A stretch of DNA of 64,000 bases from an uncultured Anaerolineales bacterium (GTDB lineage Bacteria; Chloroflexota; Anaerolineae; B4-G1; SLSP01), in NCBI GenBank assembly GCA_964504195.1, contig CAZDDI010000012.1, positions 13,284-77,283 of the forward strand, given 5' to 3'. The position numbers and the translations under genes are program-made. Of this stretch, positions 31,234-40,897 are shown in pieces; the first letter of the stretch is position 1; the number at the start of each line of letters is the position of its first letter. The notes under the pieces are model-generated. The model made no database searches. It saw only the letters and a program-made list of their open reading frames with translations, and was not told the origin of the DNA.

Positions 31234-32090
31234 CTGATATAAAAATGTTGCGCAGCGCTTACCATCAGCAAATTTGCGGAAAAATTATCCGTATCACTGA
31301 AAGAGATGGCAAGAAGTACCCCAACTTTGCGGATGGCGGCAGTTTGACCAGTACCAAAATTGCCTGGGGCATTCTTGAGCATTTGCAATACGCGCGCAAC
31401 CCGGAATCTATATCGGGCCAGACTTCTGGCGGGCGTTTCGAGGTGCTTACCTGCAATTTTCTGGAAGCAGCTTTCAACTTGTTACGTCCTTTACGCCCTG
31501 GAGAATGGCGCTATTCCACGCGTCTGACAATTTCTCAATTCGATCAGTATCGGCATCTCGAAGAACTTGAAGCCATTGTCCGTGAGGATGATACATTAGC
31601 TTCGGCTTTGGGTTTGGATTACATCGTAAAGCCGGATATTCTTGTAGGGCGTGTGCCAGTTTCAGATGCGCAACTCAACGCTGAGGGGGTGCTCTTGGAT
31701 GCAAAAACGCACCTGGCTTCTTTGACACCGCTGCGCGCGGCCAATTCCACGTCACCTTTACCCATTCTACACGCCAGTATTTCCTGCAAATGGACGTTGC
31801 GCAGCGACCGGGGACAGAATGCACGCACTGAAGCGTTGAATCTGATCCGCAACCGCAAAGGACGCGCGCCGCATATTGTAGTTGTGACCGCAGAACCCAT
31901 GCCTACCCGCCTGGCGACTCTGGCGCTAGGCACAGGCGATTTGGACTGCGTCTATCACTTTGCGCTTAACGAGCTCCACGCGGTTGTGGCAGAAATGCGG
32001 AACGAGGATCAATTGGAGATGCTCAACTTGCTGATTGATGGCCGTCGCTTGCGCGACATCAGCGATTTGCCGTTCGATTTAGCGATATAG
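31230..32090 (+). CDS. NgoMIV-family type II restriction endonuclease
   Basis: GQTSG..FE, LRPG.W, KPDI, HASISCKWTLRSDR.QN, ALNLIRNRKG, LGTGDLDCVYH. Confidence 0.88.
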   Translation: MTDIKMLRSAYHQQICGKIIRITERDGKKYPNFADGGSLTSTKIAWGILEHLQYARNPESISGQTSGGRFEVLTCNFLEAAFNLLRPLRPGEWRYSTRLTISQFDQYRHLEELEAIVREDDTLASALGLDYIVKPDILVGRVPVSDAQLNAEGVLLDAKTHLASLTPLRAANSTSPLPILHASISCKWTLRSDRGQNARTEALNLIRNRKGRAPHIVVVTAEPMPTRLATLALGTGDLDCVYHFALNELHAVVAEMRNEDQLEMLNLLIDGRRLRDISDLPFDLAI

Positions 32091-32144
32091 TTATTCTTCG
32101 GCCTTCAGCAATAGCGCTAGCTGTTGGATTTTGTTGGGCATACA

Positions 32145-34310
32145 TCACGGTTGTATGCTGATTTGTCCCAGCCAGATGCTATCTCCCACTGCTTGTCCCG
32201 TGCGCGTGACCGGTTGCCGTGCTCCGGCAAAATCGTACATCCCCGCGATGAGTGTGTAGTGTCCGGGCGGTAAGTCGTCGGGCAATAGCACCCCGTAGCG
32301 GTCGTGGAGCTGCTCGCCGGGCTGCCAGCTATCGGTGGGGCGGAAGCCGCCGAGCGGTTCGGCATCGGCCTGGGCGACGAGTACGCCGTTTTCTGCGAGC
32401 AGATGGACGAAGACTTTGAGCCGCGCGCCGGGCGCAGCGAGTGCGTTCCAGAATAGTGTCATGGGTATGATGTCGCCGGGCGCGTAGGTGGCTCCCCCCA
32501 GATCGGCCCCTTCGAGTAGTACCGTCTCCCCCAATTGTGCCGTCGTTGCAATCGTGGGGGCGGTGGGTAGCGGCGTCACTCCGTAACGCGCCAGGCGTAC
32601 CTTGCCCACCCATATATCTGTCGCTTTGTAGGCCTGCTGCGCCAGCTCCAGCTCGATGTGCCGCCCCGGATCGGATTCCGCATCCCCCCAATAGAGGACG
32701 AAGAGCTGCCGGTGTCCGGCGATGGTCTCGCTAACCCAGGTGGCGGCAGCCTCGGGGGCGGGGTGGTAGGGCGCGGGGTAGACGGGCAGCGGGCCGCGGT
32801 AGTAATAGGTGAAGACTTCCCACTGATTGGGCGCGTTGAGCAGAATGGCGTCACCCGGCTGGCCGGCGGCGATGGTCGCCGCTAGTCCCCGGTAGTCGTC
32901 GCGGGCGTAGGCCGGATCGTCAAACAGATGCTGCAGCGCCGTAACCTGCGTGGGCAGCAGCGCCAGCAGCAGGAGTGCGGCGAGCCAGCGCCGCCACCCC
33001 GCGCGGGCCAGGGGGAGCGCGAGCAGCACGCCCAGCGGGGCTACAGAGATCATCAGGAATTTGAGGTAGGCGGGCCGGTAGATGCCGAGCGCGGCGATGA
33101 GGGCGGCGGGCAGCAGTGCCATGAGCGCGGCGGCCCAGGCGATGAAGGGGCGACGGGAGCGTGTCAACATGGTGAGCGCGAGTAGTCCCAGCGCGGGCAG
33201 CAACAGGTAGGGCGCGGCTTTTGCGGGCAGGGTGATGCCCGCTAGCAGGGTGCGCGCCATCGCGCCCACTGCGCCGGAAGCGTCCAGATCGGGCGGACGC
33301 CAGCCGGAGGCGCGCAGGGCGATGGGCGTCCAGGGCAGGAAGGCTAGCCCGGCCAGCAGGTGCGCGGCGAGCCAGTGGGGGAGACCCTTCGGCAGGCTCA
33401 GGGGCCGAGAAAGCGAACTTACTGAATCCCCGGTGGGTGAGCCTGTCGAACCCCCGGTGGGTGCGTTGTGTGCGCGCCCCTTCGGCAGGCTCAGGGGCCG
33501 AGAAAGCGAACTTACCGAATCCCCGGTGGGTGAGCCTGCCGAACCCCCGGTGGGTGCGTTGTGTGCGCGCCTCTTCGGCAGGCTCAGGGGACGGGGGGGA
33601 ACACTTGCCGACCCGGTGGGTGAGCTTGCCGAACCCCCGGTGGGTGCGTTGTGCGCGCGCCCCTTCGGCAGGCTCAGGGGCCGAGAAAGCGAACTTGCCG
33701 AATCCCCGGTGGGTGAGCTTGCCGAACCCCATAACCAATCCACTCCGAAAGCCAGATTCAGCCCGGCGAGGGCGAAGACAAAGGCGTATTGGGTATACAG
33801 CCCCAACGCGACGGCAGCCGCCAGGGCTGCGGCGTGCTTCCAGGAGGGGGCGGCGATCAGCTGTGTGCCGCTCCAGAGGGCCAACGCGCCCGCCAGCCCC
33901 AGCAGGGCGTACATGCGCGCTTCCTGGCTGTAGTAGACGGCGAGGGGGTTCACGGCTACGAACAGCGCCGCGCCGATGGCTGCCGGATCGCCGCCGGCTT
34001 TGCGGCCTAGCGCTGCCGCGAGCGCAACGGTGAGCCAGCCGCACAGTACGGAGAAGGCGCGGAGGGCAAACTCACTCTCGCCGGTGGCTGCGCGCCACGC
34101 ATGGAGGAGCAGGTAGTAGCCGGGCGGGTGAATATCGCCCGCCGCCCCGGCGATGATGAGTGACAGTGGGCGTTCTACCAGACGTGCGGTGTTGCCTTCA
34201 TCGTTCCAGAAGGATTGGGCATCCAGGCAGTGGAAGCGCAGCGCGGCAGCCAGTAATAGGATGAGCAGCAGGAGCAGGCGCAGGGCGACCCGCAAACCGG
34301 ATGATCCCAT
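32145..34310 (-). CDS. GT39/PMT-like membrane glycosyltransferase with an in-frame repeat insertion
   Basis: QSFWNDE, DIHPPGYY, YYSQEARMY; C-terminal KVFVHL...W.PGE...GMY domain. Confidence 0.85.
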   Translation of the reverse strand: MGSSGLRVALRLLLLLILLLAAALRFHCLDAQSFWNDEGNTARLVERPLSLIIAGAAGDIHPPGYYLLLHAWRAATGESEFALRAFSVLCGWLTVALAAALGRKAGGDPAAIGAALFVAVNPLAVYYSQEARMYALLGLAGALALWSGTQLIAAPSWKHAAALAAAVALGLYTQYAFVFALAGLNLAFGVDWLWGSASSPTGDSASSLSRPLSLPKGRAHNAPTGGSASSPTGSASVPPRPLSLPKRRAHNAPTGGSAGSPTGDSVSSLSRPLSLPKGRAHNAPTGGSTGSPTGDSVSSLSRPLSLPKGLPHWLAAHLLAGLAFLPWTPIALRASGWRPPDLDASGAVGAMARTLLAGITLPAKAAPYLLLPALGLLALTMLTRSRRPFIAWAAALMALLPAALIAALGIYRPAYLKFLMISVAPLGVLLALPLARAGWRRWLAALLLLALLPTQVTALQHLFDDPAYARDDYRGLAATIAAGQPGDAILLNAPNQWEVFTYYYRGPLPVYPAPYHPAPEAAATWVSETIAGHRQLFVLYWGDAESDPGRHIELELAQQAYKATDIWVGKVRLARYGVTPLPTAPTIATTAQLGETVLLEGADLGGATYAPGDIIPMTLFWNALAAPGARLKVFVHLLAENGVLVAQADAEPLGGFRPTDSWQPGEQLHDRYGVLLPDDLPPGHYTLIAGMYDFAGARQPVTRTGQAVGDSIWLGQISIQP
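33385..33730. repeat. Tandem REP-like palindromic repeat inside a CDS (units 93, 93, 90 and ~70 bp)
   Basis: Units start at 33385, 33478, 33571 and 33661 with c(c/t)cttcggcaggctcaggg and contain the inverted partner tgagcctg(t/c)cgaa. Confidence 0.9.
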
Positions 34311-34318
34311 CACGTGGC

Positions 34319-34933
34319 TCAGCCTTCGAGTGCTGCCAGCACTTTGGCGGCGAGAATGCTGCCCCGGCGCTCGATGGTAGGCGGGTCGGTGAGGCAGTTG
34401 ACGATGGTAGAGGGGATGCCGAGGGCGCATGGGCCGCCATCGAGGATGAGCGCGACTTTATTCCCCATTTCTTCGACTGCTTCTGCGGCGGTGATAGCTG
34501 GGGGATGGCCGGGACGGCTGGCCCAGCTGACGACGACCGCGCCGCCGAGCAGTTCGAGCAGCGGCCAGAGGGCGGGGGTGTTAGGGTGACGTAGTGCGAC
34601 CCGTGTCGCTTTCAGGTCTGGGGGCAGGTCTGGCCCAGGCGGGAGGATGAGCGTAAGCGGCCCCGGCCAGTAGCGTTGCGCCAGTCTTTGTGCGGCGCGG
34701 CTGGGTCGGGCCAGTGTCTCCAGCAGAGCTGGGTCAGAAATTAGCAGCGGCAATGCCGATTCGGGACGCCGCCCTTTGATTTCGTATAGGTGTGCGATAG
34801 CGCGTGCCTCTAGCCGGGCGGTTATGCCGTAGACGGTTTCGGTGGGGAGGATGACCAGCTCGCCGTGGCGCAACAAATCGGCGGCGCGCGCGATGGCTTC
34901 GGGGTGGTGCAGGGGCAGCACGGCGGCGCTCAT
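34319..34933 (-). CDS. tsaC: L-threonylcarbamoyladenylate synthase (Sua5/YrdC)
   Basis: PTETVYG, KGR, WPGPLT, PSTIV. Confidence 0.88.
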   Translation of the reverse strand: MSAAVLPLHHPEAIARAADLLRHGELVILPTETVYGITARLEARAIAHLYEIKGRRPESALPLLISDPALLETLARPSRAAQRLAQRYWPGPLTLILPPGPDLPPDLKATRVALRHPNTPALWPLLELLGGAVVVSWASRPGHPPAITAAEAVEEMGNKVALILDGGPCALGIPSTIVNCLTDPPTIERRGSILAAKVLAALEG

Positions 34934-35739
34934 GGGTATGCCCCGCTCAGCACGAAACGCTCCAATGCAGCGGCGGCTCCGTCTGCTTCTAGCGGTGGGG
35001 CGACCCAATCGGCAGCGGCGCGGACGGCGGGGATGGCGTTGCCCATCGCTACGCCCACACCGGCCCAGCGCACCATCTCCAGGTCGTTTTCGTGATCGCC
35101 AACGGCCATGACCGCTGTGCGGGGGATGTGCAGATGCGCGGATAGCCAATCCAGCCCCGCGCCTTTGTTGGCGCCGGATGGCACGACTTCAATGAATAGG
35201 GCGTGCGAGCGTACCACATCAGCTTGTCCGGCCACCCAGCCGCGTAAATCCTCGCCGATGGCAGGGATGGCGGTGGCTTCGGCCATCACCAGGACTTTAT
35301 CGGCCTGATGGGTTGCCAGGACGCTCTTCCAGGGTTCGCCCACTTTGCAAACCTGACCCAGTAAATTTGTATCAAAGGTCTCCGGTGGGTAGCGTGCAGA
35401 GAAGAAGAGCTGCCCGTCGGCGTAGAGGATGACGCGAAGATGCTGGGTCTCGCAGTGGCGCAGTACGTTCAGAGCGAGCGAAGTGGGGAGCGTGCGGCGG
35501 TAGCGTGGTGCGGGATCGGCAGGGGCTTGAATCCAACCGCCCTGGTAGCAGAGCAGCGGCGCGGTAATGCCCAGCGCTTGCGCGAACGGGCGCGTGGCGG
35601 CGAACATCCGCCCGGTCGCCAGTGTGACCAGCACGCCCGCAGCCTGGGTCGCCGCGATAGCTTGCCGCACCGGCGCGCTGATGCGCTGGTCGTTGTCCAT
35701 CAATGTTCCATCAAGGTCGAATGCTACAAGTTGGATCAT
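34930..35739 (-). CDS. Cof-type HAD-IIB hydrolase
   Basis: FDLDGTL, ATGR, NKG, GD.END..M. Confidence 0.92.
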   Translation of the reverse strand: MIQLVAFDLDGTLMDNDQRISAPVRQAIAATQAAGVLVTLATGRMFAATRPFAQALGITAPLLCYQGGWIQAPADPAPRYRRTLPTSLALNVLRHCETQHLRVILYADGQLFFSARYPPETFDTNLLGQVCKVGEPWKSVLATHQADKVLVMAEATAIPAIGEDLRGWVAGQADVVRSHALFIEVVPSGANKGAGLDWLSAHLHIPRTAVMAVGDHENDLEMVRWAGVGVAMGNAIPAVRAAADWVAPPLEADGAAAALERFVLSGAYP

Positions 35740-35740
35740 G

Positions 35741-36136
35741 TCAGATTGTTGGTTGTTGATCAGATACGATAGTGGCGCGTTGCATAGCACTATCCAATTC
35801 TTCTAATCCAAAAGGAATTGTGCAGTATTGATGTAAAGGTGGCGCATATACTTCATCAAAGCAGTCATTGCTTTCTGTTTGTCTGATAAGTGTGATAGAT
35901 GGGAATTTACCTTTAATAATCCCTATCAAGCCGGGTGTTTTACTATCCCTGGTCACGCCCCACTCTGAAACTGTAATCAGGCCGCATAATGGTTGGGTCT
36001 GGATAATCAGCCGCGCTTCTTCCGGTGATTCGACGTGTAACACGGCAAATCCTTTCTGTTCCAAAAATACTTTGAGAATGTTTCGCCATGCATCGGGAAT
36101 AGCGAGTAGGAGGTGAGTGTGGGTCGGAGCATTCAT
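35741..36136 (-). CDS. Hypothetical protein, possibly a degenerate receiver (REC)-like fold
   Basis: LK.FLEQKGFAV...S.EEA...PF..EEL pattern without a clear phospho-Asp; lower GC than neighbours. Confidence 0.5.
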   Translation of the reverse strand: MNAPTHTHLLLAIPDAWRNILKVFLEQKGFAVLHVESPEEARLIIQTQPLCGLITVSEWGVTRDSKTPGLIGIIKGKFPSITLIRQTESNDCFDEVYAPPLHQYCTIPFGLEELDSAMQRATIVSDQQPTI

Positions 36137-36182
36137 GGTTTTTGCTTCGAGCCTCTGTTCAAATCAAAGTGACAGGCGATAC

Positions 36183-36452
36183 TTACCATACGCCACGATC
36201 CTCAAGCACGATTTCTGATAGGGGTTTGCCGAAAGGGCTACCTAAAAGATCGACCAAACGCTGACGTGCTTCTACCGAGACTGGGTCAGGGGGGATTGGC
36301 TCATCAGACTTAGATTGGGTTAGCCGGGCAGCCGCCAGGATTTGCCCAATGCGCGCGGTTTGGGTTTTCGGCATGTTTTTAACAATTATCTGGATATGCA
36401 CTTGTTGATGCTCGCGCAATTGCAGTGGTCTCAACGGATATAACGTGCCTTG
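36183..36452 (-). pseudogene. 5'-truncated AF2212/DUF104-type antitoxin
   Basis: The frame reads QGTLYPLRPLQLREHQQVHIQI...GKPLSEIVLEDRG right up to the upstream gene's stop; the usual MxxIxAIYE start is missing. Confidence 0.55.
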
Positions 36453-36453
36453 C

Positions 36454-37353
36454 TTACTGCAACAACAAAATTGCGATGACTGCTACCCATAGGGCGGCCT
36501 GGAGGAACAAGTTCCCGATCCACAGGAAATAGGCGGCGACGCGTTCGCGGGTGTAGAGGAATAGGCCGAGTACGCTGTTCAGAATCAAAAAGAGCAGGCC
36601 GATGAGGGCCAGGTAGAAGATGCGCGCGGCTTCGGTGAGCATGAGCGGAGCACCCTCGTCGGTGAAGCGTAGGGCGATTTGCGGCGGTAGGGCGGGATAA
36701 CGCCAGGCCAGCACACCTACCAGTAGTAGTAGGAGCAGCCCGCCGCCGCTTAAGGCGGCCAATGCCGCGTGATCCTGCCAGATAGGCCAATCCAGAAAAG
36801 CCGGATGGCTGGATTGTTCGACCACTTCTTGGGTAGGTCCCATCGCCCGCCGCTCTTCTAGAGCCTCCCGGAAGCCGTCCAAATCGGTGGGAGAGAGGGC
36901 GTAGGCGAGCGTCTCGGTGCGGACGATGATCTGCTGTTTGGCACCGGCGACGGCGTAGAACAGGATGGGTGCGAGGCCCTCGGCCTCGCCTGTGCCGACG
37001 AAGTGGCCGGGGAAGTACAATCCTTGTCGTAGGCGGATGTTTTGTAAATCCGCGCCGGAGAGCACCTCGCGCACGGAGGCGAGCGGGATCTGATGCCGGT
37101 TGTTGCCCCAGGTGATGGCGATGGCGTTGCGATCCATCGTGTAACTGGCGTTGAGCAAGCCCCATAGCCAGTAGGCCAGCATGAGCGCCGCCAGTAGCGC
37201 GCCAACCGCTAACACGCTCACGATAAATGTCAGTAGATTCACCGGTTGTAAGACCGCGATAACGATCAGGCCCGCCATCATCAATAGTAGCATGGCCTCT
37301 ACCGCCAGTCCCACGCGCCAGCCTGTGCGAATATCCAGTTCCCAAACGGTCAT
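36454..37353 (-). CDS. Membrane protein with bacterial PH-like domain
   Basis: Two N-terminal TMs, a soluble region (Y.MDR..I.I.WG, YALSP.D...F), further C-terminal TMs. Confidence 0.65.
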   Translation of the reverse strand: MTVWELDIRTGWRVGLAVEAMLLLMMAGLIVIAVLQPVNLLTFIVSVLAVGALLAALMLAYWLWGLLNASYTMDRNAIAITWGNNRHQIPLASVREVLSGADLQNIRLRQGLYFPGHFVGTGEAEGLAPILFYAVAGAKQQIIVRTETLAYALSPTDLDGFREALEERRAMGPTQEVVEQSSHPAFLDWPIWQDHAALAALSGGGLLLLLLVGVLAWRYPALPPQIALRFTDEGAPLMLTEAARIFYLALIGLLFLILNSVLGLFLYTRERVAAYFLWIGNLFLQAALWVAVIAILLLQ

Positions 37354-37354
37354 A

Positions 37355-37960
37355 TTAGAGTTCCTGGCGGGATTCCAGCGCCCGCGTTAATGTGACTTGA
37401 TCGGCGTATTCGAGATCGCCGCCGGCGGGCAGCCCGCGCCCTAGCCGGGTGACGCGCACGCCTAGTCCCTTGAGGCGCGGTAGCAGATAGGCCGCTGTGT
37501 AATCGCCCTCGTTGGTGGGATTGGTCGCCAGCAATACTTCGCGTATCCCGCCCGCACGGATGCGGGCTTCGAGCTCGGCTACGCGCAAGTCTTCGGCGAA
37601 GATGCCTTCGAGTGGCGAGAGCGCCCCATGCAACACATGGTAAACGCCGTGATATTGCCCGGTGCGCTCCAGCGAGAGTAAGTCCATAGGCTCTTCGATT
37701 GCGCAGACGGTGGTGTGGTCGCGGGTCTCGTCAGCGCAAACCGGGCAGGGATCGGACTCGGTCACGTTGTAGCAGATGGAGCAGAAGCGTGTGCGCTCGA
37801 CCAGAGATTGCAGACTGTCGGCTAGGCGCAGGGCCAGCTCCGATTTGCCGCGCAGCAGGTAGAACGCCAGCCGCGAGGCGGTTTTCGGGCCGACCCCAGG
37901 CAGCTCGGAGAAGGTTTCCACCAGCCGGGTTACGGCAGGAGGGATGGCTGCTTCAGCCAT
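37355..37960 (-). CDS. recR: Recombination protein RecR
   Basis: LPGVGPKTA.R, C..C.N....PC.VC, YHVLHG.LSP, DLEYAD. Confidence 0.97.
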   Translation of the reverse strand: MAEAAIPPAVTRLVETFSELPGVGPKTASRLAFYLLRGKSELALRLADSLQSLVERTRFCSICYNVTESDPCPVCADETRDHTTVCAIEEPMDLLSLERTGQYHGVYHVLHGALSPLEGIFAEDLRVAELEARIRAGGIREVLLATNPTNEGDYTAAYLLPRLKGLGVRVTRLGRGLPAGGDLEYADQVTLTRALESRQEL

Positions 37961-37963
37961 AGA

Positions 37964-38314
37964 TTAGAACAGGCCGGGGAGGCTCAAGCCGCCGGTCAGC
38001 CCAGCCATTTGGTCAGCCATGAGCGCCTGGGCTTTTTGGATCCCCTCATTGACAGCGGCCACGAGCAGGTCTTGCAGCATATCCAGGTCTTCCGGGTCTA
38101 CCACTTCAGGCTTGAGCGTGATGCTCTGCACTTCCAGCCCGCCGCTGATGGCGATTTCCACCATGCCGCCGCCGGCGGTGGCCGTGACCACTTGCTGGGC
38201 AGTCTCCTCTTGCATCCGTTCCATTTCCGCCTGCATCTTTTGCACCTGGCGCATCAAGTCGTTGGGATTCATCCGTCCACCACCGCCACCGCCCATCATA
38301 CGATTTTTAGCCAT
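37964..38314 (-). CDS. ebfC: YbaB/EbfC nucleoid-associated protein
   Basis: QKMQ, AGGGMV, DPED.DMLQDL..AAVN; lies between dnaX and recR. Confidence 0.95.
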   Translation of the reverse strand: MAKNRMMGGGGGGRMNPNDLMRQVQKMQAEMERMQEETAQQVVTATAGGGMVEIAISGGLEVQSITLKPEVVDPEDLDMLQDLLVAAVNEGIQKAQALMADQMAGLTGGLSLPGLF

Positions 38315-38382
38315 GATCTGTTCTCCTCATTAAAATAGCAAATCTCAAACTACAAGTTACAAGCTACAAGCAACAAGTTTCT

Positions 38383-40023
38383 TCACGTTTCCATATCCGC
38401 CACGGCCCCCAGTTCCTCCACTGCGCGGCGCACCAGTTCATCCTCTAGCACGTCGGGCGGTTCTTCGGGGGGCGGGGGCGGTGACGCTTGGCGTGGCGCG
38501 GCTGGGGCGGGTGCAGAAGCCGCTGCCTGCCATTCCTTCTCCAGCACACAGCGCACGCGCACAGGATGGGTGAAGACTGTGGCCAGGGCATCTTCCACGG
38601 CCCGTCGTCCGTTATCTTCATCAATTTTGTTCCGGTGGAAGGCGTGTTTGAACCCCAGCACCAAGCGGCCTTCGGCGTCGGTCGCTAGCGGCGTCGCGTC
38701 ACGCAACAGTGCCGAAAGGGACAGATTGACCGGGCGCACCAGATCAATCACCTCACGCCACCGTGGGGCCACATCAGCGAGTTGTAGCGCTGCACCGGAT
38801 TTTGGGGCGGAGGTCGCAGCCGGGGACGGGGCTGCCGGACGCTGCGGCGCAGGTGTGGCAGCAGTTGGCGGCGTGGGCGCTCGTGTGGGCGGTGGTGCTA
38901 CTGGCGCGACGGCTGGTGCAGCGGGCGCGTTCGCCGTTGCTGGTAGCGCCCGTTCCAGCGAGGCTTCCACGAAGGCCAGCTCCAGCGGTAGCTGCGGTTG
39001 CCAGCCACTGCCACGCTCCCCGGCCACCGCGCTGAACAGGCGCACCGCCTCGGTCAGCCGTTCCGGCGCAGCCTGACGGGCCAGCTCTTGCAGGCGCGGG
39101 CGCTCCTCGGCGGTTGGATCGGGCCAGGTATCGCCCGCCCCCAGGCGCATCAGCAGCAGGCCGCGCAGAAAATCGGCCAGCTGGCGAGCCAATTGGCGCG
39201 GATCCGCGCCCCCATCGGTCGCCCGGTTGAGGATGCGCAGCCCCGCGTTGACATCGCGCGCAATCCATGCCTGAATCAGCTCCAGAATCACATCGCGACG
39301 CTCCGCCCCCAACATCAACCGCACATAATCGGCGGTCACATCGCCTCCGGCGGACATTTGATCCAGCAGACTGATGGCATCGCGCATCCCGCCGCCCGCC
39401 GCGCGCGCAATCAGCTCCAGTGCCTCCGGCTCAGCGGTAATCTGCTCCTGCGCGACGATCTTTTGCAACTGTTCCAGCATCGCCTCCAGCGGAATCCGCC
39501 GGAACTCGAACCGCTGGCAGCGCGAGAGCACGGTGGGTAGAATTTTGTGCGCCTCGGTAGTCGCCAGAATGAAGATGACGTGCTCCGGCGGCTCTTCCAG
39601 AGTCTTGAGCAGCGCGTTGAAGGCGGAGGTGGAGAGCATGTGGACTTCATCCACCACATAGACCTTATAGCGGCTCTGTGTGGGGCGGAAGCCCACCTTT
39701 TCGAGCAGCTCGCGGACGTTGTCCACACCCGTGTTCGAGGCCGCGTCAATCTCGATCAAATCCATCAGCCGCCCCGCGTTCACCGCCGCGCAGATTTCGC
39801 ACGTATTGCACGGGCGCTCGGCGACGGGCGCCAGGCAGTTGACGGCCTTCGCGACCAGCCGCGCGCTGGTGGTCTTGCCGGTGCCGCGTGGCCCAGCGAA
39901 TAGATAGGCGTGGTGGATGTGTTCCAGACGCAGCGCGTTGCGTAGCGTTTGGACAATATGTTCTTGTCCCACCACTTCATCGAAGGATTGTGGTCGCCAT
40001 TTGCGGTATAATGCTTGTGCCAT
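38383..40023 (-). CDS. dnaX: DNA polymerase III subunit gamma/tau
   Basis: LYRKWRP, GPRGTGKT, EIDAASN, DEVHML, SRCQ. Confidence 0.97.
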   Translation of the reverse strand: MAQALYRKWRPQSFDEVVGQEHIVQTLRNALRLEHIHHAYLFAGPRGTGKTTSARLVAKAVNCLAPVAERPCNTCEICAAVNAGRLMDLIEIDAASNTGVDNVRELLEKVGFRPTQSRYKVYVVDEVHMLSTSAFNALLKTLEEPPEHVIFILATTEAHKILPTVLSRCQRFEFRRIPLEAMLEQLQKIVAQEQITAEPEALELIARAAGGGMRDAISLLDQMSAGGDVTADYVRLMLGAERRDVILELIQAWIARDVNAGLRILNRATDGGADPRQLARQLADFLRGLLLMRLGAGDTWPDPTAEERPRLQELARQAAPERLTEAVRLFSAVAGERGSGWQPQLPLELAFVEASLERALPATANAPAAPAVAPVAPPPTRAPTPPTAATPAPQRPAAPSPAATSAPKSGAALQLADVAPRWREVIDLVRPVNLSLSALLRDATPLATDAEGRLVLGFKHAFHRNKIDEDNGRRAVEDALATVFTHPVRVRCVLEKEWQAAASAPAPAAPRQASPPPPPEEPPDVLEDELVRRAVEELGAVADMET

Positions 40024-40175
40024 AAGCGCCTCCCAGCGTTGCTTAGTCTATCACGGATAGCAAAGGAAGCAAGTGTACTTTGGCTTGCTTCTTGTGGGGT
40101 CTATGCTAAAGTTAGACTGGGATGTGGCACATGATTGCCCTGAGCGGTATTACTGACACTTTGAAGGAGGTATAG

Positions 40176-40547
40176 ATGAACGAGTTGCTCCCCTTGAGAA
40201 AAAATGACGCAGTTTCAACTGAGACAGAACAACAACGGTTACGGATGTTGACTACCCCGTTATCTTTGCGTGGCTGGCCCGTGTGGATGGTTTATCTGTT
40301 GGCGCTTCTGGGGCTTATTTACATCTTGAACCCTACGGCTGGCTGGGATTTTATCCCGGATTTCATTCCGGGCATCGGCAATCTGGATGAAGGGGTTGCC
40401 GTGATGATGCTATGGTATGGATTGGTTGAGTTTTTCGAGGGGCGGCACTATCGGCCGGCGACGCAAGAAGAAGCTGTAGAGGCGGAGTGGGAAGAACTTG
40501 CCCCCGAAACCGCAGAGACTCCAGAACCTTCGGAAATGACTGAGTAA
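40176..40547 (+). CDS. YkvA/DUF1232 family membrane protein
   Basis: YILNP...DFIPDFIP.IG.LD. Confidence 0.75.
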   Translation: MNELLPLRKNDAVSTETEQQRLRMLTTPLSLRGWPVWMVYLLALLGLIYILNPTAGWDFIPDFIPGIGNLDEGVAVMMLWYGLVEFFEGRHYRPATQEEAVEAEWEELAPETAETPEPSEMTE

Positions 40548-40565
40548 CCGTAGAGGAGGTCCACG

Positions 40566-40871
40566 ATGAGCTTGCAGGCGACATTGCGTGAACAGATTCT
40601 GATGAAGTTGGTTGCGGTGATTGATCCGGAAACGGGCGTGGATGTGTTGCGGATGCAGCTGGTACAGGACTTGGAGGTGGATGAGGCCATCGGAAAAGCA
40701 ACCTATACCTTCCGGCCTTCTTCGATGTTGTGTCCACTGGCGACAAGCCTGGCGCTGGACATCAAGAAGGCGGTGGCTGCAGTGCCGGGGATTGTGGAAC
40801 AGGAGATTGCGGTGACGAATTATGTGCGTGCCGAGGAACTCACGCAGCTGATTAATCAGCAGGCTGTGTAA
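40566..40871 (+). CDS. DUF59/SufT-like Fe-S assembly protein
   Basis: L..VIDPE.G.D, CPL. Confidence 0.8.
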   Translation: MSLQATLREQILMKLVAVIDPETGVDVLRMQLVQDLEVDEAIGKATYTFRPSSMLCPLATSLALDIKKAVAAVPGIVEQEIAVTNYVRAEELTQLINQQAV

Positions 40872-40897
40872 ACGTATGTTTTCTTGAGGTGCTGGTT

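Noticed and set aside
33385-33730. Possible CRISPR array (also considered for 52559-52846)
   Set aside because: The intervening segments are near-identical rather than unique spacers, and no cas genes are present
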